Assembly: GCA_963803165.1 (NCBI GenBank) | Contig: CAWDLK010000001.1 | Span: 184,723 to 248,722 of the forward strand | Source of the DNA: an uncultured Chloroflexia bacterium | GTDB taxonomy: Bacteria > Chloroflexota > Dormibacteria > Aeolococcales > Aeolococcaceae | Length of the DNA: 64,000 nucleotides | Reading direction: 5' to 3' | Shown: positions 28,647 to 37,788 of the stretch, piece by piece | Position numbering within the stretch: the stretch's first letter is position 1 | Layout: each line of letters starts with the position of its first letter | Program-made: the position numbers and the translations under genes | The notes under the pieces: generated by a model | What the model was told of the DNA's origin: nothing | Seen by the model: only the letters and a program-made list of their open reading frames with translations | Database searches by the model: none

Positions 28647-29488
28647 CGCGGCGGGCCGATCCTCGCCCGCACCCACGCCACCATCTCGTCGATCACCCGG
28701 TCGCGCTCGGGCTCGTTGAAGATCTCGTGATAGAGGCCCGGGTAGACGCGGAGCGTCCGGTCGGCGCTGCCCACCCGAGCGTGGACGTACGCGGCCGAGG
28801 AGGGGTCGACCAGGGCATCGGCGTCCCCCTGCATCGCCAAGAGCGGGAGGACGAGCCCGGGGAGACCGGCGGAAACCTCGTCCATCGCTCTCAGCATCTC
28901 GGCTCCGAGGCGGGCCCGCACCCGCCGCGGGTGGACCAGCGGGTCGGCGCGATACGCGGCGACCACCTCGGGGTCGCGGGAGATCTTCCCCAGGGGGAGC
29001 TTGAGCACCCCCACCTCCGGCGCCAGCCGTGCGAGGAGGCGTCCGAATGCCGCCGTGGGCGCCCCCACCCCGGGGCTGGTGACCGCTGGGGCGGAGAGCA
29101 CCAGCCCGCGAAGCTCGGCGGCGTGGTGGAGCGCGTACACCGCCGCGATCAGTCCGCCCATGCTGTGCCCGAGGAGGACCGTGGGAGCGTCACCCTGCTC
29201 CGCGACGGCATCGGAGGCGACGCGGTGGAGATCCTCGATGTAGTCGTCGAACCTCGCCACGCTCACCGGCCGTCCCCCGGACCGTCCGTGTCCCCTGTGG
29301 TCGGGGACGATCACGGCGATGCCCGCGGCGGTGAGGCGTTCGGCCACGTGACGGTACCGGCCCCCGTGCTCCGCGTAGCCGTGGGAGATCAGCACCCGCC
29401 CCACGGGTGGGATGCCGTCGGGGAGCCACTGCCTCCAGAAGAGGACCAGGCCGTCCTTGCCCACCGCGTTGCGCTGGACCTCGCGCAC
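28643..29488 (-). CDS. Alpha/beta hydrolase (lysophospholipase / monoacylglycerol lipase family)
   Basis: HGYAEH, DHRGHGRS, GHSMGG, GDADALV, YHEIFNE. Confidence 0.92.
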   Translation of the reverse strand: MREVQRNAVGKDGLVLFWRQWLPDGIPPVGRVLISHGYAEHGGRYRHVAERLTAAGIAVIVPDHRGHGRSGGRPVSVARFDDYIEDLHRVASDAVAEQGDAPTVLLGHSMGGLIAAVYALHHAAELRGLVLSAPAVTSPGVGAPTAAFGRLLARLAPEVGVLKLPLGKISRDPEVVAAYRADPLVHPRRVRARLGAEMLRAMDEVSAGLPGLVLPLLAMQGDADALVDPSSAAYVHARVGSADRTLRVYPGLYHEIFNEPERDRVIDEMVAWVRARIGPPR

Positions 29489-29553
29489 CGGCGAACTCTA
29501 GCCCACGCTGAGCCGGAGTGTGGGCGGGCGGCGGGAGCCCGCGGGTGGCCGGC

Positions 29554-30195
29554 TCAGGCGGCGAGGACCCGGAGCATCTCGTCACGCAGCGCGGCGAGCG
29601 AGATGGGCTTGGTGAGCAGGCCCTGAGCGCCGGCGGCCGCGGCGCGCAGCGGATCCTCTGCCGAGTCGCGCCCGGTGACCATCAGCACGCGCGCCCCGGG
29701 GGCGGTCGCCAGCAGGCGCCCGCAGACCTCGAGCCCGTCGATCCCCGGCATGTTGATGTCGAGGAGGATGAGGTCGAATCGGGCTTGCTGGACGGCGAGG
29801 AGAGCCTCCTCGGCGCTGTGCGCGGGGTGGGCCCTGAACCCCTGCATCTGCATGAACGCGGCCACCGTCCGGGCCAGCCGGACGTTGTCGTCGACGATCA
29901 GCACCCCGGGCATGGCCGGGCCGGGGGGCGCGTCCGCGCTGCCCGGCCGCGGCTCCGGCGGCGCGAGGTCGGGGACGGCGGCGCGTGAGGGAGGTGCGGC
30001 GGGTGGGCTGACGCTGCTGGCAGGGGCGGCTGAGGCGTCACGCGGCGCAGGCGGGGGTGCGGGGGCCGGGCCGGGCGGGGGCGCGGCGGGCGGGCCGGGC
30101 GCGGGCATGGCGCCGGGGACCCGGACGGGCCGGCGCGGCGCGACGGGATCGGTCAGCCTGAGGCCGGCCACCTGCGAGAGGTCGAGGGTGCTCAT
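29554..30195 (-). CDS. Response regulator receiver with Pro/Ala-rich N-terminal region
   Basis: VLIVDDN, DLILLDINMPGIDG, MVTG, LTKP. Confidence 0.85.
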   Translation of the reverse strand: MSTLDLSQVAGLRLTDPVAPRRPVRVPGAMPAPGPPAAPPPGPAPAPPPAPRDASAAPASSVSPPAAPPSRAAVPDLAPPEPRPGSADAPPGPAMPGVLIVDDNVRLARTVAAFMQMQGFRAHPAHSAEEALLAVQQARFDLILLDINMPGIDGLEVCGRLLATAPGARVLMVTGRDSAEDPLRAAAAGAQGLLTKPISLAALRDEMLRVLAA

Positions 30196-30370
30196 GTCAG
30201 ATTGAAGCGTTTTCAGCGCTCGGCACCACCCTACAGGGCGGCCGCACGGGCGGACCGACCGTCGGAGGGAATTTCAGAGGACCGTTCCCCGGCCGTTTCC
30301 GCATCAGCGCAGCGAGGCGCGGAGATCCCGTCCCCGCGCGGCGAGCGACCTCCCTCGTACCATCGTCACC

Positions 30371-31105
30371 ATGCCGGAGAGCGTGCCCGACACCGACGGG
30401 ATCCAGCGGGTCCTGGTCGTGGTGGCCCATCCGGACGACTGCGACTTCGGCTGTGCGGGTACGACAGCGAGGTGGAGCGACGCCGGCATCGAGGTCAGCT
30501 ACTGCATCGTCACCGACGGCCAGGCCGGGGGATGGGACCGCTCGGTGCCCCGCGACCGGATGGCCGGGATCCGGAGAGGCGAGCAGACCGCCGCGGCCAG
30601 GGTGGTCGGGGTCACCGACCTCACCTTCCTCGGCTACTCCGACGGTGAGCTGACGGCGTCTCACGAGCTGCGTCGCGACATCAGCCGGGTCATCCGCCAG
30701 AAGCGGCCGGAGCGGGTGGTCACCCAATCCCCCGAGCGGAGCTGGAGCAGGATCTTCGCCTCTCATCCCGACCATCTCGCCGCCGCCGAGGCCGCAATCT
30801 GCGCGGTCTACCCGGACGCCCGCAACCCCTTCGCCCACCTGGAGCTCCTGGAGAGCGAGGGGCTGGAGCCGCACACCGTCTCCGAGTTGTGGCTGATGGG
30901 CAGCCCCGAGCGGGTCAACGTGTGGAGCGACGTCACCGCCACCGCCGACCGCAAGCTGGAGGCGCTCCGCTGCCACCGATCCCAGTACGAGGAGTGGGAG
31001 CCGCTCGAGCAGCGGGTGCGGGCCTGGCTGCACACCGCGGCGGAGAGCGCCGGGCTGAGCGAGGGTTCGTCGGCCGAGGGCTTCTACCGGGTCGGCACCC
31101 GCTGA
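30371..31105 (+). CDS. PIG-L family deacetylase (LmbE/MshB-like)
   Basis: AHPDD, TDGQAG, R..E...AA, HPDH, KLEALRCHRSQ. Confidence 0.92.
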   Translation: MPESVPDTDGIQRVLVVVAHPDDCDFGCAGTTARWSDAGIEVSYCIVTDGQAGGWDRSVPRDRMAGIRRGEQTAAARVVGVTDLTFLGYSDGELTASHELRRDISRVIRQKRPERVVTQSPERSWSRIFASHPDHLAAAEAAICAVYPDARNPFAHLELLESEGLEPHTVSELWLMGSPERVNVWSDVTATADRKLEALRCHRSQYEEWEPLEQRVRAWLHTAAESAGLSEGSSAEGFYRVGTR

Positions 31106-31131
31106 GCGGGCCCGGCGGCCTCCGGCCGGGC

Positions 31132-31470
31132 TCAGTCGATGGCGAGCAGCTGGGCGGCGCGCATCCCTCGCCAGAGCGGGTGGCGCATGCTGGCGGTGCG
31201 GTCGATGGTGTAGCGGTTGTTGCGCCCCACCCGCTCACGCCGGACCAGCCCGGCCTGCTCCAGGTCCCCGACGATCCGGTAGCAGGCGCGCTCGGTGATG
31301 CCCACGCTCTGCGCGATGTCGCGCATGCGCATCTCCGGATCGCGGGCCAGGCAGACCAGCACGTGTCCGTGATTGGACAGCAGCGTCCATTCGCGCCGCG
31401 AAGACGTGTGGGGATCGGCGGGCGACTGCGAGATGGCACTCATGGGGCTCGTGCTGCCGGCGGGGCTCAT
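31132..31470 (-). CDS. Small winged-helix transcriptional regulator
   Basis: WTLLSNHGHVLVCLARDP, RDIAQSVGITERA, RERVGRNNRY; start uncertain (31470 or 31443). Confidence 0.85.
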   Translation of the reverse strand: MSPAGSTSPMSAISQSPADPHTSSRREWTLLSNHGHVLVCLARDPEMRMRDIAQSVGITERACYRIVGDLEQAGLVRRERVGRNNRYTIDRTASMRHPLWRGMRAAQLLAID

Positions 31471-31565
31471 CGCCGCCCCCGTGGCGGATGCCGCTCCTCT
31501 CAGAGCATAGCAACGAAAGCCGGCGGGCGCGACGAACATATTCGCCGCGTCGTCGCGGCCACCTC

Positions 31566-32216
31566 CTAACCTCGGTACACCGCCAGGTGCCAGAGGCAGA
31601 CGCGCGCCACAGACACGCTCAGACGGTACGCACCGGGGGTGAGCGGGGAGCCGCCGAGATCCCCGCCCGTCACCACCGCGCTGTCAGCCCGGCTCTCGAT
31701 GATCACCTCGGACCCGGAGCCGGCGGCACCGGCCTCGCTGACCGTGAGGGTGGACCCGGAGCCGCCGGCCGCGGTGCCGCCGGGGCAGGTGTAGGCGACC
31801 GCCACCAGCCACGACCCGGTGAGAGTGAGGCTGTCCGCCGCCGGCACCGTCCCCGGACCGCACCCGATCCAGTCGAGGGCCGGATCGGCCTTGTAGCCGG
31901 AGGGAGGCGATCGGAGCGGGACCAGTGGCTGCTGGCCGCTCACCAGCGGCGAGCAGCCGGGAGGCGACGGCGTCGCCGCGGACGAGGGCGCCGGCGAGGT
32001 GGGGGTCGCCGTCGTGGGAGCGCTCGACGGCTGTGACGCGCTCGGAGATGGGCCGGCCGTGGAGCCGGAGGGCGTCGCGGTCACCGGGAGGGAGGGGGTG
32101 AGGAAGCCGGCCACCCAATGGGCGGTCGGGAGCCCGATCCCCGACCCCAGGACCAGCCCCGCGGCCAGCGCGAGCACGGCGGCGGCAGGAGAGGAGCCGG
32201 GGCGGATGGGGGTCAT
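31566..32216 (-). CDS. Hypothetical membrane-anchored/secreted protein
   Basis: Hydrophobic N-terminus, Ser/Thr/Pro linker, four Cys in the C-terminal domain. Confidence 0.6.
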   Translation of the reverse strand: MTPIRPGSSPAAAVLALAAGLVLGSGIGLPTAHWVAGFLTPSLPVTATPSGSTAGPSPSASQPSSAPTTATPTSPAPSSAATPSPPGCSPLVSGQQPLVPLRSPPSGYKADPALDWIGCGPGTVPAADSLTLTGSWLVAVAYTCPGGTAAGGSGSTLTVSEAGAAGSGSEVIIESRADSAVVTGGDLGGSPLTPGAYRLSVSVARVCLWHLAVYRG

Positions 32217-32219
32217 CGC

Positions 32220-32402
32220 CTAGCGCAGCACCGACCAGAGGACGACGCCGATGGCGAAGCTGATGGCGGCGCCCATGACCACGCCCAGAGCCAGCATGAG
32301 CGACGGGGGCATCCCGGTGAAGAGGTTGCGGGACGGCGGCCGTGCCGCGCCGGGGCCGGAGGACCCACCCTGCGGCGGGGGTGCTGGGGCGGTCTCGACC
32401 AA
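32220..32402 (-). CDS. Small single-TM membrane protein
   Basis: GAGGAG RBS before TTG; C-terminal hydrophobic helix; abuts the next gene. Confidence 0.55.
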   Translation of the reverse strand: MVETAPAPPPQGGSSGPGAARPPSRNLFTGMPPSLMLALGVVMGAAISFAIGVVLWSVLR

Positions 32403-32464
32403 CGCGTCTCTCCTCGCGGGGAAGTCCCCCGCCCAGTGTGCCGGAAGGTCGGCGTGCGCGACAA

Positions 32465-32485
32465 GTAGTTAGTCTATATAATTAC
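32465..32485 (+). promoter_or_regulatory. Probable MarR operator overlapping -10 TATAAT
   Basis: AT-rich imperfect palindrome GTAGTTA-N7-TAATTAC covering TATAAT (32477-32482) just before the marR ATG. Confidence 0.65.
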
Positions 32486-32491
32486 CTTGCG

Positions 32492-32965
32492 ATGACCGCC
32501 CTCGCCTCCCCACCACCTCGTGCCGCGGCCCCCGAGGACACTGCGCTCGCCGACCGGCTGCGCCCGATCCTCCTCCACCTCTCCCGCCACCTCCGCCGGG
32601 TCGTCGAGGGCACGGCGCTGACCGGCGGACAGGTCGAGATCCTCGCCCTGATCAGCCGCAACCCCGGGGCGGGCGTCAACGAGCTGGCGGCGCGCGAGGG
32701 CATCTCGGCCCCCTCGATGTCCAACGCGGTCGACAAGCTGGAGGCCGCCGGGCTGGTGACGCGGGCGCGGGGGATCGCCGGGGATCGGCGACGCGTGGAC
32801 ATCGCGGTCACCCCCGAGGGTGCCCGGATCTTGAGATCGGCGCGGAGCAGCCGCACCGCCTGGCTCGCCGAGCAGATCGGCCGGCTCACCCCCGAGCAGG
32901 TGGCGATCCTGGAGACGGCCATTGAGCCGCTGACCGCGCTGGCCGGGGACGGTCCCCCCGGTTGA
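32492..32965 (+). CDS. MarR family transcriptional regulator
   Basis: ELAAREGISAPSMSNAVDKLEAAGLVTR...DRRR...TPEG. Confidence 0.92.
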   Translation: MTALASPPPRAAAPEDTALADRLRPILLHLSRHLRRVVEGTALTGGQVEILALISRNPGAGVNELAAREGISAPSMSNAVDKLEAAGLVTRARGIAGDRRRVDIAVTPEGARILRSARSSRTAWLAEQIGRLTPEQVAILETAIEPLTALAGDGPPG

Positions 32966-34323
32966 GCGTCTCCACCGCCTCAGCCCGCACCTTCCGCAGC
33001 CTCCGGCGGCACCGCAACTTCCGGCTCTACTTCGCCGGGCAGTCGATCTCCATCTCCGGAACCTGGGTGCAGAACATCGCCCAGGCCTGGCTGGTGGTCG
33101 AGCTCACCCACTCGCCGGTGGGCTCGCCGCTCGCCCTCGGTGCTCTGGCCGCCTTTCAGTTCCTGCCCTACACCGTCTTCGGGCTTCTGGGCGGGCCGCT
33201 CGTCGACCGCTTCGACAAGCGGCTCACGATCGTCGCCACCCAGACCACCTTGATGCTGAGCGCGGCGGCCCTCGCCGTCCTCTCCCTGAGCGGGCAGGCG
33301 ACGGTGTGGGAGGTCTACCTCCTCGCCGCGGTCGGCGGCGCCGTCCAGGTCGTGGACACACCGGCTCGCCAGGCCTTCGTCTTCGAGATGGTGGGCCGCC
33401 CGGAGCTGCCCAACGCCGTCTCGCTCAACGCCTCCCTCTTCAACCTGGCGCGCGCTGCCGGGCCCGCGGTTGCCGGGGTGCTGATCGCCACTGTGGGCGT
33501 GACCCTCTGCTTCGCGATCAACGCGGCCAGCTTCCTCGCGGTCATCGCCAGCCTGCTGCTGATGCGCGCGGATGAGCTCTTCACCACCCAGCGCGACGAG
33601 GCGCAGGGGGTGCTGCACAGCCTGGGCGAGGGCGTGACCTGGGTGTTCCGCACCCCGGCCGCCTGGCTGACCTGCGCACTGATGCTCGTGGTCTCGACCT
33701 TCGCCATCAACTTCAGCGTCCTGCTGCCGGTGATGGCGACCGTGACCCTTCGCTCCGGGCCTGTCGTCTTCGGCATCCTGACCGCCTGCTTCGGGTTCGG
33801 AGCCCTGGTGGGCGCCCTCTTCACCGCCACCGTGGGGCGGCCGAGCTGGCCTCTCCTGCTTGGCGGAGGCGGTGCCTTCTCGGCGCTCGTGATGGCCCTG
33901 GCGCCACTCCATTGGGTGGCCGCCTGCGCGGCCATGCTGGTGGTCACCGGCGTCGCCTTCACCACCTACACGTCGATGAGCAACGCCACCGTCCAACTGG
34001 CCGCCCCCGACCGCCTGCGGGGACGGGCGATGGCCTTCTACGGGTACATCTTCACCGGCGTGCCGGCCCCGGTCGGCGGTCTGCTGGCCGGCTGGCTGAG
34101 CTCGGTCGGCGGCACCCAGCTGGCCTTCTTGGTCGGCGGCGGCGTGAGCCTCATGGCGGTGTCGGCGGCGGTGCTGGTGCGGCGCCGCGGCGTCGGGCTC
34201 CTCACCCAGCCGCGGATGCGCGCCAGCAGCCAGGGGACGTCCGGGAGGGCGACGTCGGCCTCCGGCAGCATCATGCCGGCCCCGGCGATGGCCGCCAGCA
34301 GCAGCACCTCCGACGCGAAGTAG
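32962..34323 (+). CDS. MFS transporter (DUF894/MFS_3-like)
   Basis: FRSLRRHRNFRLYFAGQSIS..GTWVQ, DTPARQAF, NAVSLN, LRGRAM; TTGA overlap with marR. Confidence 0.9.
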   Translation: MSVSTASARTFRSLRRHRNFRLYFAGQSISISGTWVQNIAQAWLVVELTHSPVGSPLALGALAAFQFLPYTVFGLLGGPLVDRFDKRLTIVATQTTLMLSAAALAVLSLSGQATVWEVYLLAAVGGAVQVVDTPARQAFVFEMVGRPELPNAVSLNASLFNLARAAGPAVAGVLIATVGVTLCFAINAASFLAVIASLLLMRADELFTTQRDEAQGVLHSLGEGVTWVFRTPAAWLTCALMLVVSTFAINFSVLLPVMATVTLRSGPVVFGILTACFGFGALVGALFTATVGRPSWPLLLGGGGAFSALVMALAPLHWVAACAAMLVVTGVAFTTYTSMSNATVQLAAPDRLRGRAMAFYGYIFTGVPAPVGGLLAGWLSSVGGTQLAFLVGGGVSLMAVSAAVLVRRRGVGLLTQPRMRASSQGTSGRATSASGSIMPAPAMAASSSTSDAK

Positions 34324-35588
34324 TAGTTGAAGAACGCCTGCTTGGCGAGGATGAAGGCGGCGACGTTGAGGAGTGCCGCCTGCAGCGCCAGCTCGGCCTC
34401 GGTGCGGGGCCGGCCGCGCCAGATGATCCAGGCCACGCCCACCGCGAGCGGGATCAGGGGGACCACCGTCGGCAGCTCGATGCGGCCGTACTGATAGATG
34501 AGCTGGGCCACGCTGAGCGAGTTGGTGCGGAAGGGCAGGTGGAGCTGGTAGCCGAAGAGGCTGTACACGAAGGTCCCCACTCCGGTGACCAGGGCGAAGG
34601 GGAGCATCACCAGGAGCGAGGCGACCGCCGCGACCACGACCTCCACGCGGCCGCGCCTCGACCAGAGGAAGGCGGGCGCCACCAGCACCAGGGAGGTGAA
34701 CTTGACCATCAGCCCGGCTGTCAGCGCGACGGTCGCCCAGCCGCGGTGGTCGCGCCGCAGGGCCAGCCACCAGACGATGCCGGCCATCATGTAGACGTCC
34801 ACCCAGCTCTGGTGGACCATCCCGACCCAGAGCGGTGAGGCGAGCGCCAGGGCGGCGACACGGTGGGCATCGGAGGACGCGTCTCCTCGCGCGGCGAGGT
34901 ACCAGATGCCGGCCACGGTGGCGAGCACGCAGATCATCGACATGACCCGCACGTCGCCGAGCAGGCGTCCGGGGAGGGCGAGGAGGGGCACGATCGGCCC
35001 GTACGCGAAGTGGCCCAGCACGAAATTGGGAGCGACGGTCCTGAAGAGGCCGGGCTTGATCTCCACGAAGTAGCGGAACACCGGTCCGTACGGGTTCTGG
35101 CCGTGGATCAGCGCCTCCGCGGCCCCCTGGAGGGCGGTGAAGACGTCGATGTTGGCGGAGCCCCAGACCATCCCGGCGGCGGTCAATCCCACCAGGCAGA
35201 GGCCGGCCGCACCGAGCAGCGCGCTGACCCGACGCCCCCGAGGCAGCCACGCCGCCGCCCCCACCAGGATGGTGAGCAGGATCACCAGCGGCACCTGGAG
35301 CTCGGGCAGTTGATGGAAGTGGCGGGGATAGAGGAGGTTGGTCAGCCCGCAGGCCACGGTGATCAGCACCCACCAACCTCGACCCTGGCGCCAGTGGCCC
35401 CGGCGCAGCGCCAGCATGGCCAGCACGGAGGAGGTGCCCAGCAGGGCGAGGGCGACGTGGGAGTTGTCGCCGAAGCTCCACAGCACCCCGAGGCCCATGG
35501 CGGCGGCGGCCAGGCTGCACAGGGTCAGCCTGCCGGCGCTTCTCCAGACCTGGGTGGCGGTCGCGTCGAAGCGGGCGAGCCAATCCAC
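34038..35588 (-). CDS. Polytopic membrane protein, GT-C/GT87-like glycosyltransferase
   Basis: IDVF...AAEALIHGQNPY, FAYGP, GDVR, K-containing TM, FFNYY; GTG 7 nt after TAGGAT. Confidence 0.7.
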   Translation of the reverse strand: MDWLARFDATATQVWRSAGRLTLCSLAAAAMGLGVLWSFGDNSHVALALLGTSSVLAMLALRRGHWRQGRGWWVLITVACGLTNLLYPRHFHQLPELQVPLVILLTILVGAAAWLPRGRRVSALLGAAGLCLVGLTAAGMVWGSANIDVFTALQGAAEALIHGQNPYGPVFRYFVEIKPGLFRTVAPNFVLGHFAYGPIVPLLALPGRLLGDVRVMSMICVLATVAGIWYLAARGDASSDAHRVAALALASPLWVGMVHQSWVDVYMMAGIVWWLALRRDHRGWATVALTAGLMVKFTSLVLVAPAFLWSRRGRVEVVVAAVASLLVMLPFALVTGVGTFVYSLFGYQLHLPFRTNSLSVAQLIYQYGRIELPTVVPLIPLAVGVAWIIWRGRPRTEAELALQAALLNVAAFILAKQAFFNYYFASEVLLLAAIAGAGMMLPEADVALPDVPWLLARIRGWVRSPTPRRRTSTAADTAMRLTPPPTKKASWVPPTELSQPASRPPTGAGTPVKMYP

Positions 35589-35761
35589 GGCGGGCATCCT
35601 ACTGAGCCGGGGCGACGCCGCGCCCGCCCCGCGCTCGGAGCGGCCGGCGCTCGGATCCGGGTTGGGATGGTCGGAGGCTGAGCGGCGGGCGGGGTGGGGG
35701 ACGCCCCCACACCGCGCCCCGAGGCCACCGCCTCTCCGCCCACCCTGCCATAGTGGGAGCG

Positions 35762-36130
35762 ATGGTGGACGACCTCTACAGCCAGCAGTCGAGCCCCCCC
35801 GGCGAGCAGCAGGTCTCCTGGCTCGACGTCCCGGCGCACGCCCCGGTGCTGGCCAGCGACGGCACCGAGGTGGGCAGGGTGCTGGAGGTGGCCGCCCTCG
35901 CCAGCGAGGACATCTTCCACGGCATCGTCTTCCAGCACAGCCGTCGCGGTCATCCCTGTCTCGCGCCGGCCGCGGACGTCGCGAGGATCACCAACCTGGC
36001 GGTCCACCTCTCGGTGGACGTCGCCACCGCCGACGCCTACGAGGAGTTCCAGCAGCTGCACGTCTCACGCCTCGGGCTCCGCGGCATCTCCCGCTGGAAG
36101 CACCTGGGCTGGAAGGACTCGGCGGAGTAG
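35762..36130 (+). CDS. Hypothetical protein (PRC-barrel-like)
   Basis: VSWL...PVLASDGTEVGRV.EV...DIFHGIV; ATG 7 nt after CATAGT. Confidence 0.7.
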   Translation: MVDDLYSQQSSPPGEQQVSWLDVPAHAPVLASDGTEVGRVLEVAALASEDIFHGIVFQHSRRGHPCLAPAADVARITNLAVHLSVDVATADAYEEFQQLHVSRLGLRGISRWKHLGWKDSAE

Positions 36131-36172
36131 CTGCGCCGCCGGCTCGGCGCTAGCGGCCCGGCGTGGGATGGG

Positions 36173-37099
36173 TCAGGAGGGAAGCGGCGAGGAGCCGAGC
36201 CACTGCGACCATCCGCCCATCGACGGGAGGGTGGAGGTGGCCTCGGGCTTGGTCACCGTGACCGGGCCGCCGTAGTCGGAGACGTCCGCGGTTAGGCTGA
36301 GGCTCAATCCCAGGCTCCCGGTGGGCAGCGGCCCGGAGCCAGCGCCGGAGACGAGACCGGCCAGCTGGGAGGCGGCGGCGCCGACGTCCACGGTCATCGA
36401 TCCGCTGAGGGCGGCGCGGACCAGGCTCCCGTCACTCGGGCTGAGCCAGAGGTCCACGGTTCCGCTGCCGGTCACGTGGGGCGCCAGCAGCGTGAGCACC
36501 GGAGCGAGGTCCCCGATCCCACCGGCGCCGCCGCCGAGGTCCTGGGCCAGCTTCTCCAGGGTGGAGACGGTGATCGACGCGGAGTAATGCTCCGTGCTCC
36601 GACCGTCGACGGTGGCGGGGCCCTGATCCTGGAAGCTCACGGCCGCGATCGCGGCGCCGACGTCGGACGGGGCGGCGGCGGGGCTGGACGGCAGCGCCTC
36701 GGCGAGCTCCGCGAACGCGCCGCCGTCGTGGCTCACGTAGCCGTGGCCGCCGTACTCCACCAGGGTCAGGGTGCTGCCGCCGGCGCTCACCGTGAGCTGG
36801 CGCCGCGAGCTGCTCTCCTGGTCGAGCCGCCCGGTCGCCGAGCCGCCGCTCCCGAGCTCGGTGATCACCGTCTGGATCGAGGCGGGGAGGTTGGCGAGGG
36901 TCGACGTGTCCAGGGTGAGGTCACCGCTCAGGCTCGCCCGCAGGGGGGTGGTCGCCGCCGCCTGGAGGGCGCTCGAGACCGCCTGCCCCGGAGTGTCGGC
37001 GGTGAGGACGGCCTCCGGCCCGCAGGCGGCCACGGCCAGGGTCGCGGCGGCGACCGCCACCACCAGTCCGGGGAGGGTGCGGCGTCCTGGGGCTCTCAT
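36173..37099 (-). CDS. Lipoprotein (LppX/LprAFG-like fold suspected)
   Basis: Lipobox LAVAAC; TVDGRSTEHY, VDLWL...GSLVR, SDYGGPVTVTKP. Confidence 0.75.
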   Translation of the reverse strand: MRAPGRRTLPGLVVAVAAATLAVAACGPEAVLTADTPGQAVSSALQAAATTPLRASLSGDLTLDTSTLANLPASIQTVITELGSGGSATGRLDQESSSRRQLTVSAGGSTLTLVEYGGHGYVSHDGGAFAELAEALPSSPAAAPSDVGAAIAAVSFQDQGPATVDGRSTEHYSASITVSTLEKLAQDLGGGAGGIGDLAPVLTLLAPHVTGSGTVDLWLSPSDGSLVRAALSGSMTVDVGAAASQLAGLVSGAGSGPLPTGSLGLSLSLTADVSDYGGPVTVTKPEATSTLPSMGGWSQWLGSSPLPS

Positions 37100-37207
37100 G
37101 GTCTCCGCTCCAGCATACCCCCGGCAGCCGGCCGGCCCCGGGCGAAGCCGCGGGTCCGCCGGCGGACCCCCGCGGCGACCCCTCGGAGCGAGTGCTAGGG
37201 TGGGTGC

Positions 37208-37762
37208 GTGGGCGTGCTCCTCCTTGCGGCTGCGGTCGACGTCGGCCTCCGCCCCTGGGACCTCGACGACGCGGGGGAGCTGGCCGCCATGTACGCCGCC
37301 GCCGCGGCCGAGCTGGCCGTGGAGGAGCCGTGGTGGGACCCGGACTTCCAGACCGCCGCCGGGCAGCGCGAGCGGGTGCGGCGATGCCTCGAGGACGCGA
37401 GCGCCGAGGGGTTCGTCATCACCGTCTGCGGCAGGATCGCCGGTCACCTCTCCCTCGCCGGGATCCGGAGGGACGTCCTCGAGAGCGCCGACCTCGGGTA
37501 CTGGGTGGCGCCCAGCCAGCGCTGCCACGGCGCCGCCACCCGGGCCATCGGTCTGGCGGCGGCCCGCGCCTTCGAGAGCCTCGACCTGCAGCGCCTCCAT
37601 GCCACCACCGACCCCGACAACCTGGCCTCTCGCCGGGCCCTGGAGGCCAACGGTTTCCAGGTGGTGGGGGTCGTCCACGACATCACCCTCGCCGGCGGCG
37701 GGTGGGGCGCCGAACCCCTCTACCAGCTCACGGCCGAGAGGTGGCGCGCGGGGCGCCGCTGA
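37208..37762 (+). CDS. GNAT acetyltransferase, RimJ/RimL family
   Basis: SADLGYWV...HGAATRA, LQRLHA, NLASRRALEANGF. Confidence 0.88.
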   Translation: MGVLLLAAAVDVGLRPWDLDDAGELAAMYAAAAAELAVEEPWWDPDFQTAAGQRERVRRCLEDASAEGFVITVCGRIAGHLSLAGIRRDVLESADLGYWVAPSQRCHGAATRAIGLAAARAFESLDLQRLHATTDPDNLASRRALEANGFQVVGVVHDITLAGGGWGAEPLYQLTAERWRAGRR

Positions 37763-37788
37763 CCGGACCGCGCTCCGGGTCAGGCCGG

